From Candidatus Moraniibacteriota bacterium (lineage in GTDB: Bacteria; Patescibacteriota; Minisyncoccia; Moranbacterales; UBA2206), in assembly GCA_049303905.1 (NCBI GenBank), contig JBAQNP010000020.1, positions 78,309 to 142,308 of the forward strand: 64,000 bases of DNA, read 5' to 3'. Position 1 is the stretch's first letter, and the number at the start of each line of letters is the position of its first letter. Both the position numbers and the translations under genes were made by a program. The notes under the pieces are model-generated. The model searched no databases. It was not told the DNA's origin and saw only the letters and a list, made by a program, of their open reading frames with translations. Below are positions 38,741 through 46,414 of the stretch, one piece after another.

Positions 38741-38770
38741 AAAAAAACTCTAGATTAACTAGAGTTTTTA
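38741..38770. terminator. Bidirectional terminator
   Basis: AAAAAAACTCTAG-ATTAA-CTAGAGTTTTT between convergent genes. Confidence 0.6.
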
Positions 38771-38792
38771 AAGTTTAAATAAAGGGAATACT

Positions 38793-40064
38793 TTATTTCA
38801 ACTCTTTTATAATATCTTCAATCTTCACAATCCTACTTTCTTTTCCGGCACGTTTTTTGATTTCTACCCAGCCCGCATCGCTACGCGAAGCGTTGCTGGC
38901 GGGTCCGCCGTACTCTAATGTTTTTTTGCTGATAACAATGCGATAGGGAATACCAATTAAATCTGAATCGGCGAATTTTTCTCCGGCGGAAGTTTCTCGG
39001 TCGTCATAGAGAACTTCAATTCCACTCTTGGATAAATTATCATAAATCTCTTGTGCCTGTTCATTCTGAGAAAGACTAATCAGATGAACTTTAAAAGGCG
39101 CTACTGCTTCTGGCCAGATAATTCCTTTTTCGTCGTTGTTAGTTTCGACAATTGTTCCCATAAGTCTTGAGATGCCTATTCCGTATGATCCCATATAAAC
39201 TAATTGCTCGTTGCTATTTTCATCTTTATATTTCAAATTAAAAGGCTCTGAAAATTTATAGCCCAAAGAAAATATATTTCCAACTTCGATGGCTTTTTTT
39301 TCAATTAATTTATTTTTATTTAAATCAAGGTCTTTTAAAACTTCATCATTAAAAACTTCTTTATTGATAGCTATATTTTTTTCTTCATCGATATATATAA
39401 TATCTTCTCCGGCTTCTGAAATAGTTTGAAATTCATGAGAATATTTAGAAAAAGTTCCGCCCGAAGCAAAAGTTAGAAATGTTCTATTTCCTAGACCAAC
39501 TCTATTAAAAATATTTTTATAAGCAATTTTAGCTTTTTCGTAATAAGTGTTATGCTCTTCTTCATTTCTAGAAAAAGAATATAGCGCTTTCCAAAAAAAT
39601 TCTCTACCTCGCATAATTCCTGATTTTGCTCTTGCTTCATTTCTAAAGACAGTTCTAATGTCGTATGCATATATCGGAAGATCTTTGTATGATGAAATAA
39701 AATTAGTCATTAAATTTGACATAGGTTCTTCGTGAGTAAATCCTAAGCCAAGTTCAGTTCCATTTTTTAGGGTGGTTTTAAACCAATTATCTACAATTTT
39801 ATCATCCCAACGATTAGTTTTTTCCCAAACTTCCTTTTTCTGAAGAGCGGTGGATTGTATCTCAACACCACCAGTTTTATTCATTTCATCCCTAACTATG
39901 GCGGATATTTTATTAATAACTTTTAATCCTAATGGTAAAATAGAATAAATTCCTGCCATTTCTTTATTGATAAATCCAGCGCGAATAAGAAGTTGTGCAT
40001 TTAGACTCACTTCGTCTTTGGGGGCATTTTTTTGAGTTTTGGTGAAAAGTTGTGATTGTTTCAT
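38793..40064 (-). CDS. proS: Proline--tRNA ligase (short form)
   Basis: Class II motifs and an N-terminal region typical of ProRS; 423 aa. Confidence 0.8.
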   Translation of the reverse strand: MKQSQLFTKTQKNAPKDEVSLNAQLLIRAGFINKEMAGIYSILPLGLKVINKISAIVRDEMNKTGGVEIQSTALQKKEVWEKTNRWDDKIVDNWFKTTLKNGTELGLGFTHEEPMSNLMTNFISSYKDLPIYAYDIRTVFRNEARAKSGIMRGREFFWKALYSFSRNEEEHNTYYEKAKIAYKNIFNRVGLGNRTFLTFASGGTFSKYSHEFQTISEAGEDIIYIDEEKNIAINKEVFNDEVLKDLDLNKNKLIEKKAIEVGNIFSLGYKFSEPFNLKYKDENSNEQLVYMGSYGIGISRLMGTIVETNNDEKGIIWPEAVAPFKVHLISLSQNEQAQEIYDNLSKSGIEVLYDDRETSAGEKFADSDLIGIPYRIVISKKTLEYGGPASNASRSDAGWVEIKKRAGKESRIVKIEDIIKELK

Positions 40065-40208
40065 TTACCCTGTTAAATAAGATTTGTATTTTACTGTAAA
40101 ATACAGCTTATTTTGATTATGCTATTTAAATTTTTTACCCAGTTTTTATTTGAATATATACAAATCTAATTTTAATTTTTTTAAATTAAAATTATTTAAC
40201 AGGGTGAA
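40065..40208. repeat. 144-bp MITE-like element with 15-17-bp terminal inverted repeats (TTCACCCTGTTAAATAA)
   Basis: TACCCTGTTAAATAA at 40066 and TTATTTAACAGGGTGAA at 40190; nested inner palindromes GATTTGTAT…ATACAAATC and TATTTTAC-TG-TAAAATA. Confidence 0.55.
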
Positions 40209-40304
40209 TTTTATATTAATGATTATCTTAAGAATATGGTTTATTTCAATGTTTGTCAAAGCAAGAATTTGTGGCAGAGGCGGTGCGTTGACCGCCTCTG
40301 ACTT

Positions 40305-40637
40305 TTAGCAAAACATATAGGGGCTTTTATTTTTTTCTGTTTGAGCATTTCTTCTCCAGTATGCTTTGCTGAAAATTACATTAAAGAAGGTGACTTTCAT
40401 TCGAGACTTTTGTTTTTTGCTTAAATTTCTAAAATAAATAATCCAACCCCGATTATTAGTTTTCTTAACGGAAAGATCTTCGGCAAAGGCGATGATATTA
40501 TCTTCAATATCAACAGAAATTAAACATCTTCCGTGAATTAAGCTTAACAAACTTCTCTTTATGCCAAAATTTTCTAGTAAGCGCATCGCTCTTTGAGCGT
40601 TTGTTTGGTCTATCCTCCTAATATCAAATTCAAGCAT
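40305..40637 (-). CDS. Hypothetical protein (110 aa)
   Basis: Good coding look; a faint Cas2/VapD-like pattern at the N-terminus was not considered sufficient. Confidence 0.35.
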   Translation of the reverse strand: MLEFDIRRIDQTNAQRAMRLLENFGIKRSLLSLIHGRCLISVDIEDNIIAFAEDLSVKKTNNRGWIIYFRNLSKKQKSRMKVTFFNVIFSKAYWRRNAQTEKNKSPYMFC

Positions 40638-40701
40638 GGTATTTTCTCCTCTTGTAAAAAATTAAAGAACCTTATTTTCATATTCCCACCATTGGAAATA
40701 C

Positions 40702-40778
40702 AAAAAAACAGCTCACTTAAGGCTGTCTGGTAAAGTTCAATTTTTGTGTAATTTTAAACGCTAACAAACAACCTCAAG
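40702..40778. promoter_or_regulatory. Conserved ~80-nt motif, copy 1 (leader or small-RNA candidate)
   Basis: AAAAAAACAGC…GTCTGGTAAAGTTCAAT…TTTTAAACGCTAACAAACAACCTCAA, shared with 45549-45627. It lies 65 nt upstream of the minus-strand ORF 40305-40637. On that strand it ends with an ACAGC…GCTGT hairpin followed by a U-run. Confidence 0.4.
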
Positions 40779-40872
40779 GATGATTTTGGGTTGATCGGTT
40801 GCGGTAATGAGTTTGTTAGAATCTTTTTCATAAGCCCAATATAGCATAGGATTATTTTTTGTCAACTTTCAA

Positions 40873-40901
40873 TTGACAAAAAGCATAATTTCGGATAGTA
40901 T
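40873..40901 (+). promoter_or_regulatory. Sigma70-like promoter (TTGACA-17-TAGTAT) overlapping a TTGTCAA-N5-TTGACAA palindrome
   Basis: TTGACA 40873-40878, 17-nt spacer, TAGTAT 40896-40901; drives the ~310-nt trpB2 leader. Confidence 0.5.
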
Positions 40902-41016
40902 TTAGCTATGAAACAGGAAATCTATAAAAATTCAATTTTCTGGTGTGCTTTCAAGATCTAATTTTTGAGAGCCTCTTAGTGTTTTTGGAAAAATATAGCA
41001 AATCATTTGGCAAGAG

Positions 41017-41046
41017 TTCTCAAAATAGAGAACTTTTTTGTTTTTA
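41017..41046 (+). terminator. Leader terminator 1 (AGTTCTC-AAAATA-GAGAACT + T-run)
   Basis: 7-bp stem followed by TTTTTTGTTTTT, just upstream of the leader-peptide ORF. Confidence 0.45.
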
Positions 41047-41056
41047 GAATAATATT

Positions 41057-41140
41057 ATGACAAATCATATAAAAAATAGTTTGATACAAAAAAATATCTG
41101 GTGGGTAAGAACATTTCCAAGAGCAGGTTGGCGTTTTTAA
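41057..41140 (+). CDS. Trp-codon-rich leader peptide (27 aa, MTNHIKNSLIQKKIWWVRTFPRAGWRF)
   Basis: Tandem TGG codons at 41099-41104 and a third at 41129-41131. The stop sits at 41138-41140, inside the antiterminator/terminator region upstream of trpB2. Confidence 0.45.
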   Translation: MTNHIKNSLIQKNIWWVRTFPRAGWRF

Positions 41141-41199
41141 ATTTTGAAAAATTTAGACAAAGCCAAAAGAACCTGCTCACAAAGCAGGTCTTATTAATT
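41123..41199 (+). promoter_or_regulatory. Antiterminator/terminator switch of a putative trp attenuator
   Basis: AGCAGGTT (41123-41130, inside the leader ORF) can pair with AACCTGCT (41170-41177). Alternatively AACCTGCT-CACAA-AGCAGGT forms a terminator followed by CTTATTAATT. Confidence 0.45.
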
Positions 41200-41218
41200 A
41201 AAAAATAATTCTAAACTT

Positions 41219-42502
41219 ATGCAAACTATAAAAACATATCTCAATATCAGTTACTATCTCAAAAAATATCTTGGCAAACTTCCTTTTCCGCCAATTCATC
41301 CGGCGACAGGAGAAAGATTGAAACCAGAAGATCTGGAACCGCTTTTTGCCAAGGAATTGGTGCGACAAGAATTTTCTTTGGAAAAAGAAATCGCCATTCC
41401 CGAGGAAGTACAAGAGATATATTCACTATACCGCCCAACCCCATTTCTTCGCGCCAGAAGATTGGAAAAATTTCTGGGTACACCGGCGCATATCTATTAT
41501 AAATATGAAGGGGCGAGTCCGGCCGGCAGTCATAAGCTTAACACCGCACTTCCGCAAGCGTTCTATAACAAAAAAGAAGGCGTGAAAATGCTCACGACTG
41601 AAACTGGCGCGGGACAGTGGGGATCAGCGCTAGCGATGGCATGTAATTTTTTCAATTTGGCGTGCAAAGTTTTTATGGTGAAAATTTCCTTTGAGCAAAA
41701 ACCATATCGAAAAGTTATTATGCAAACGTTCGGCGCGGATATTACGCCTAGTCCATCAGATACAACTGAGATTGGAAAAAAAATGCTTGAGCAATATCCT
41801 GGCACTTCAGGCAGTTTGGGGATGGCGGTTTCTGAAGCAATTGAAGTGGCGATGAAAAACAAGGAGGCTAAGTATGCTTTAGGTAGCGTACTAAATCATG
41901 TGCTTTTGCATCAAACCATCATAGGGCAAGAAGCAATCCATCAATTGGAAAAAGCTGGGGAATATCCCGATGTAGTGATTGGTTGTTGCGGAGGAGGAAG
42001 TAATTTTGCGGGAATGGCTTTTCCATTTTTAGCGCAAAAACTGGCTGGGAAAAAATCAAAAACTAGATTCATCGGAGTGGAGCCAAGAAGTTGCGCTTCG
42101 ATGGGCGAGGGGCAATATCGCTATGACCATGGCGACACTGCTAAACTCACTCCGCTTTTTATGATGGAAACTTTAGGTTGCGATTTTGTTCCGCCTTCCG
42201 AACATTCCGGCGGGCTTCGCTATCACGGCATCGCGCCTCTCATTGCTTTTTTGCATCATGAGGAACTCATTGAAGCGAGAAATTATGATCAAAAAGAAAT
42301 TTTTGCCTCAGCCATTGATTTTGCCAAAGCTGAAGGAATTATCCCTGCGCCGGAATCAGCGCATGCTATAAAAGCGACCATTGAAGAAGCGCTTAGATGC
42401 AAAAAAGAAAACAAAAAAGAAACCATAGTCTTCTGTCTTTCCGGGCACGGAATGCTTGATCTTAAAGGATACGAAGATTATTTAAGTGGGAAAATAAAAT
42501 AA
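41219..42502 (+). CDS. trpB: TrpB2-type tryptophan synthase beta subunit (PLP-dependent)
   Basis: PLP lysine context GSHKLNTA, glycine loop GCCGGGSNFAGMAF; 427 aa, typical of the stand-alone TrpB2 clade. Confidence 0.8.
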   Translation: MQTIKTYLNISYYLKKYLGKLPFPPIHPATGERLKPEDLEPLFAKELVRQEFSLEKEIAIPEEVQEIYSLYRPTPFLRARRLEKFLGTPAHIYYKYEGASPAGSHKLNTALPQAFYNKKEGVKMLTTETGAGQWGSALAMACNFFNLACKVFMVKISFEQKPYRKVIMQTFGADITPSPSDTTEIGKKMLEQYPGTSGSLGMAVSEAIEVAMKNKEAKYALGSVLNHVLLHQTIIGQEAIHQLEKAGEYPDVVIGCCGGGSNFAGMAFPFLAQKLAGKKSKTRFIGVEPRSCASMGEGQYRYDHGDTAKLTPLFMMETLGCDFVPPSEHSGGLRYHGIAPLIAFLHHEELIEARNYDQKEIFASAIDFAKAEGIIPAPESAHAIKATIEEALRCKKENKKETIVFCLSGHGMLDLKGYEDYLSGKIK

Positions 42503-42521
42503 AAATATTTTCCAAAAAAGC

Positions 42522-42556
42522 AAAAAGAGTCCTGAATAATTGGGACTCTTTTGTGT
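42522..42556 (+). terminator. Rho-independent terminator
   Basis: AGAGTCC-TGAATAATTG-GGACTCT followed by TTTGTGTT. Confidence 0.55.
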
Positions 42557-42581
42557 TATCTGTAGTCATCTAAATGACCCC

Positions 42582-42609
42582 TTGACAATTTTTTTGTATT
42601 TGCTATGCT
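42582..42609 (+). promoter_or_regulatory. Promoter of cassette copy 1 (TTGACA-16-TATGCT)
   Basis: Conserved with the copy-2 promoter at 57886 (TTGACA-17-TATACT). Followed by the conserved TTTATCNAAGTAAAGTG. Confidence 0.5.
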
Positions 42610-42645
42610 TTATCTAAGTAAAGTGATTTATTAAAGTAAAGCAAT

Positions 42646-42972
42646 ATGAAAAAGTTAAATGATAGTAAGAATGAAGATTTAATGCAAGCTATTTTGGCGC
42701 TTGAAAACAAGCAAGAAGCCAAGATGTTTTTGCGTGACCTTTTGACGGAAAAGGAAATTTTAGAATTGGGCAATCGCTGGAAAGCGGTGCAAATGTTAGA
42801 CGCGAAAAAAACTTATTCTGAAATTGAAAAAGAAACCGGCCTTAGCTCAACTACTGTGGCGCGAATTTCCAAATGGTTTCAAGCAGGCACAGGCGGATAT
42901 GGTTTAATGCTAAAAAGAATTTCTAAGAATCATCACAGAACCCCTTCTAGTTCTAGAAAGCGGTTGATTTAG
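42646..42972 (+). CDS. TrpR-like (YerC/YecD family) DNA-binding protein, copy 1
   Basis: FLRDLLTEKEILELGNRWKAVQML…TYSEIEKETGLSSTTVARISKWFQAGTGGY matches the Trp-repressor-fold YerC family. Confidence 0.7.
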   Translation: MKKLNDSKNEDLMQAILALENKQEAKMFLRDLLTEKEILELGNRWKAVQMLDAKKTYSEIEKETGLSSTTVARISKWFQAGTGGYGLMLKRISKNHHRTPSSSRKRLI

Positions 42973-43079
42973 ATTTTTAGTTATATATCTTCACAAACCT
43001 CTTTCTGGGATAGGAAGAGGTTTTTTAAATTTGGACCTCTTAATATTAGTACATTAAAAATTAAATAGAGGAGAAGAAA

Positions 43080-43934
43080 ATGAAAAAAAATCTGACTTTG
43101 GGAATTCCTTCTGGTTCACTTTTTGATTCCACAGTAGCCTTGCTTCGAAAAGTAGGAATCGAAGTGGTGGTTAACGGGCGCAATTTTATGGCGGAAATTA
43201 GAGGAAGCGATATTTTTTCTCGCGCAATAATTATGCGACCGAATGATCTGCCTCTAGCGCTCAAAAACGGAATTGTTGACGGCATCATCACGGGGCTTGA
43301 TATGTGTCTCGAAAGTGGTTTAGGAAAAAAGCTTTGTATAATAGTAGAGCTTAACTTTTCCAAAAAATCTAAAGTGCCGGCTCGAGTGGTAGTTTTCTGT
43401 CGAGAAAGTGATTTAGATGAAATAGTTGATTCCGGAGAAATCTTAGTTTCATCAGAATATATGGAATTGGCGAAAACTATTTTCAAAAAATCGCAGATAA
43501 TTTTCTCTACTGGTTCGACTGAAATCAAAGTCGCTATTGCGGAATTTGGTTTTCGATACGGCGTTGGCGTGGTCGAAAGTGGAAAGAGTCTTAAGGACAA
43601 CAATCTCAAGATTGTGAAAGTTATCCTGACCACTCCGGTAATTTTCGCTGTAAGAAAAGAAAACCTGGAATTTCAAATCTTCGGCCAAATGCTCAAGGGT
43701 GCGTTGGAAGCCGAGATTTATCAGTTGGTAAAATTCAACGCGGATTCAAAGGACAAGGATCAGTTGATTGAAATTTTGCCAGCTATGGAATCGCCAACTA
43801 TTAGCAATCTTGCTGATGGCATGATTGCAATCGAGACGGTTATTGCTAAAGAAGCAATCACCGATTCGATCATAGCAATTAGGAAAAATGGCGGCAGAAA
43901 TATTCTCGTACAAAACATTAACATCTCCGTGTAA
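43080..43934 (+). CDS. hisG: ATP phosphoribosyltransferase, long form (HisG), copy 1
   Basis: Full-length match to long-form HisG: N-terminal LTLGIPSGSLFDSTVALLRKVGIEV, PRPP loop GVVESGKSL, C-terminal regulatory domain ILPAMESPTISNLADG…GGRNILVQNI. Confidence 0.7.
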   Translation: MKKNLTLGIPSGSLFDSTVALLRKVGIEVVVNGRNFMAEIRGSDIFSRAIIMRPNDLPLALKNGIVDGIITGLDMCLESGLGKKLCIIVELNFSKKSKVPARVVVFCRESDLDEIVDSGEILVSSEYMELAKTIFKKSQIIFSTGSTEIKVAIAEFGFRYGVGVVESGKSLKDNNLKIVKVILTTPVIFAVRKENLEFQIFGQMLKGALEAEIYQLVKFNADSKDKDQLIEILPAMESPTISNLADGMIAIETVIAKEAITDSIIAIRKNGGRNILVQNINISV

Positions 43935-43940
43935 GAAATA

Positions 43941-43980
43941 AGGGCGTGATGAATATCATTCATCCGCCCTTTCTAATTTT
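43941..43980 (+). terminator. Rho-independent terminator (conserved in both cassette copies)
   Basis: GGGCG-TGATGAAT-ATC-ATTCATC-CGCCC followed by TTTCTAATTTTT. Confidence 0.65.
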
Positions 43981-44698
43981 TCTTAGATAAAACCAATAGC
44001 CATTTATTTATAATTTTTAATGCCTCTTTATGATTCATGATTTCATTGTGTCCTGTTAAAACAATTTTAAAATCTAATTTGCTAATAATATTTAGCGCTC
44101 TTAAAAATTGTTTTTTATCTGAAGAATGACAATTAGCATAAATTTCGCCATTATATAATAAATCTCCAGATATTAAAATTTTATATTCAGGTTCATAGTA
44201 TATGCAAGAATCTTTTGAATGACCACCAAGGTGCATTATCTTGAAATTATAATCAAACCATCGTATCGATTTTGTTTTAATTGGTATAAAATCTGGAATA
44301 ATAAGATTAAAGTTATCACATACTTGTTTCACCTTCCTATTTATTATTTTATTTAATAAGACTGGGTTAAAATTTTCTTTTTTTAAATATTGTAAGCACC
44401 AATTTTTTTGATCATATATGTTTTTTTTGATAACTTCTGGAATAAGATATTCATTTTTTTTAAAATCTGAAATACCGCCGATATGATCAAAGTGAGAATG
44501 GGTTAAGGCAACTAGGAAATTTTCAATACCCAATTTATTTAGAAATTTTTTTAAAGAAAACAAACCTAATCCGGTATCAAAAATCAAGCAATTATTATTT
44601 TTTTTAAACAAATAAATATTGCAGCTTTCAAAATTCCAAGGCTCGCTAATTTGAAATATGTTTTTTGAGATTTTTTTTAATATAAATTTTTTATTCAT
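43973..44698 (-). CDS. Metallo-beta-lactamase-fold hydrolase
   Basis: HxHxDH motif ALTHSHFDHIGG, plus downstream H (HLGGH) and D (SGDLL). Very AT-rich relative to its neighbours. Confidence 0.7.
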   Translation of the reverse strand: MNKKFILKKISKNIFQISEPWNFESCNIYLFKKNNNCLIFDTGLGLFSLKKFLNKLGIENFLVALTHSHFDHIGGISDFKKNEYLIPEVIKKNIYDQKNWCLQYLKKENFNPVLLNKIINRKVKQVCDNFNLIIPDFIPIKTKSIRWFDYNFKIMHLGGHSKDSCIYYEPEYKILISGDLLYNGEIYANCHSSDKKQFLRALNIISKLDFKIVLTGHNEIMNHKEALKIINKWLLVLSKKN

Positions 44699-44780
44699 AT
44701 GTGAATTTATAATAACTTAAGTAAGAGGGGAAAGCTAGTTAGCTAACCCCTCATTTTTTTATTTTCAAGTCATGTAAATA

Positions 44781-45470
44781 TTATGGCTTGAAAGGTTTTA
44801 AATACTGAACCCAACACCCGGCGTTTAATGATTCCGCATCTTCCATTGAAAATAAACACGGTTTAATAATTTTTGCTCCCATCCTTTCGTGAAAGCGTAA
44901 CACCGGATCAAAAAGTTTTCCGTCAGCGCGACGCAAATTGCAATACTCATTAATTTTCATCTCAGGCCTTTTGTGATAAAAAGGCACGCGCGCATTAGCA
45001 ATTACTGTCTGAATAGGGGGTGACTCTTTTTTTGGAAAGAATAAGGCGTCTAATGTGTATGCAATTAACAGTTCTGATGCTTTGAATTTTTCTGGCCAAT
45101 ATTTGTCGTGATCAAAATATATACCTCTGAATTTAGGTATTACTCCGACACCAACTAGAAAGCCCGTATTGCCAGTTGGAATATGGACTTTATTTGTCCA
45201 TCCAAAAGATGTCATTTCATCCCATGATGTAAGGATATTGATATCTTGATTCCAATTAAATCTAAAGGCAAATTGGCTACCGACCGGTTTGCCATTAGTT
45301 ATTGCTAATTGCACCACTTGTTTTGATGCAATTCTGGCTGCAATTTTTGGTTTTGACGCCGAAACATTTTCACCTGGAGATGCCCAAGCGAGTTGTTCGA
45401 TAATCATAAGGCTTTCCAACGAATTGGCGGGGTTTTGAAAATTTAAGATAGGCTTGATTTGAATTTTCAT
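44781..45470 (-). CDS. Hypothetical protein (229 aa)
   Basis: No recognisable motif; preceded by the conserved ~80-nt motif. Confidence 0.4.
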   Translation of the reverse strand: MKIQIKPILNFQNPANSLESLMIIEQLAWASPGENVSASKPKIAARIASKQVVQLAITNGKPVGSQFAFRFNWNQDINILTSWDEMTSFGWTNKVHIPTGNTGFLVGVGVIPKFRGIYFDHDKYWPEKFKASELLIAYTLDALFFPKKESPPIQTVIANARVPFYHKRPEMKINEYCNLRRADGKLFDPVLRFHERMGAKIIKPCLFSMEDAESLNAGCWVQYLKPFKP

Positions 45471-45548
45471 TTCATTTACCTCACTTTTGGGTTCGTATTT
45501 ATTTTAAAGAGCAGACGGTCTCGCGCTTTCACTATGAAAGCAGGTGCA

Positions 45549-45627
45549 AAAAAAACAGCCCTTGAGGCCGTCTGATAAAGTTTAATGATTTTTCTAAAGT
45601 TTTTAAACGCTAACAAACAACCTCAAT
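45549..45627. promoter_or_regulatory. Conserved ~80-nt motif, copy 2
   Basis: AAAAAAAACAGCCC…GTCTGATAAAGTTTAAT…TTTTAAACGCTAACAAACAACCTCAA, 79 nt upstream of the minus-strand ORF 44781-45470. Confidence 0.4.
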
Positions 45628-45759
45628 AAATAGTGGTTGTTGCGTCGTCGTTGAATTAGATTAGATTGTATGTTTTTCATATCGTTGAGTAGAATATAAA
45701 TCAATAATTGTTTTTTGTCAAGGGCTTGTGAAAAATTTGAAATTATTGAACATTAAAAC

Positions 45760-45788
45760 TTGATTTAGTTTAGTGATTTTGCTAGAAT
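45760..45788 (+). promoter_or_regulatory. Sigma70-like promoter (TTGATT-17-TAGAAT)
   Basis: Upstream of two small ORFs that both have strong AAGGAGG ribosome-binding sites. Confidence 0.45.
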
Positions 45789-45834
45789 TTAGAATAAGTT
45801 TAATTATTAACAATGAAAAAATAAGGAGGAAGGG

Positions 45835-46038
45835 ATGTATGAATCGATAACGGGCCCGTTAATTCAAGCAATAAGAATTACGGATTCGAAAAAAAAGAAA
45901 TTTGCTATAGATTTTCTTGTCGATTTGATTAAAAATGACAAGAAGATCGAGGATTTCTTCTGGGAGGAGTATAAACAACTAAGTACTTACGTTGCAAGTT
46001 TTATTTGGGCAAATGTTCCGGAATTGTTTGAGGATTGA
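45835..46038 (+). CDS. Small acidic protein (67 aa)
   Basis: Strong RBS AAGGAGGAAGGG, then MYESITGPLIQAIRI…; no signal peptide. Confidence 0.35.
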   Translation: MYESITGPLIQAIRITDSKKKKFAIDFLVDLIKNDKKIEDFFWEEYKQLSTYVASFIWANVPELFED

Positions 46039-46109
46039 TTATTTTTGGCAGAGGGTCGCAACGCTCGGCTCTCTAAAACGGTTTTTAAAAATCAAGGAGG
46101 ATATTTTTC

Positions 46110-46307
46110 ATGAACTCTACTATCAGAATGTTATTTGATGCGGCTGGTATCGGTGGTGATGAAGAGAAAGAAGTTATCGAGGGTCTCATTAGAGACAATG
46201 AAGAATATGCCACTGATTTTATATGTGGCTTGGGATTCATAGGAGAAAAAGAAAGGGAGGTTCTCGAAGCGGAATATCCAAACCTTTTTTCTCTTGAAAC
46301 AGCTTAA
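46110..46307 (+). CDS. Small acidic protein (65 aa)
   Basis: Strong RBS CAAGGAGGAT, then MNSTIRMLFDAAGIGGDEEKEVIEGLIRD…. Confidence 0.35.
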   Translation: MNSTIRMLFDAAGIGGDEEKEVIEGLIRDNEEYATDFICGLGFIGEKEREVLEAEYPNLFSLETA

Positions 46308-46321
46308 ACGAAATTGCTTTT

Positions 46322-46362
46322 GGGGTGGATCGTACAAGTTACGGTCCACCCCTTTTTTATTT
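46322..46362 (+). terminator. Strong rho-independent terminator
   Basis: GGGGTGGATCGTA-CAAGT-TACGGTCCACCCC followed by TTTTTTATTTG. Confidence 0.7.
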
Positions 46363-46414
46363 GAAATTATTTCGTTATTATGCTAGGTTTAGTAATAAAG
46401 AATAAGAGATTTTT

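Noticed and set aside
40305-40637. Cas2- or VapD-like small nuclease
   Set aside because: Only a faint N-terminal resemblance (MLxFDI…R…L…FG). No CRISPR array, cas1 or other cas genes are nearby, and the C-terminus is unlike Cas2.
40960-41035. TRAP-binding (G/U)AG triplet array
   Set aside because: GAG/TAG triplets are present but not at regular 2-3-nt spacing and number far fewer than 9-11.
40905-41218. T-box riboswitch responding to tRNA-Trp upstream of trpB2
   Set aside because: A UGGC tetranucleotide follows the putative antiterminator 5' strand, but the T-box consensus (AGGGUGGNACCGCG) and Stem I specifier features are absent. The Trp-codon leader peptide model explains the same hairpins better.
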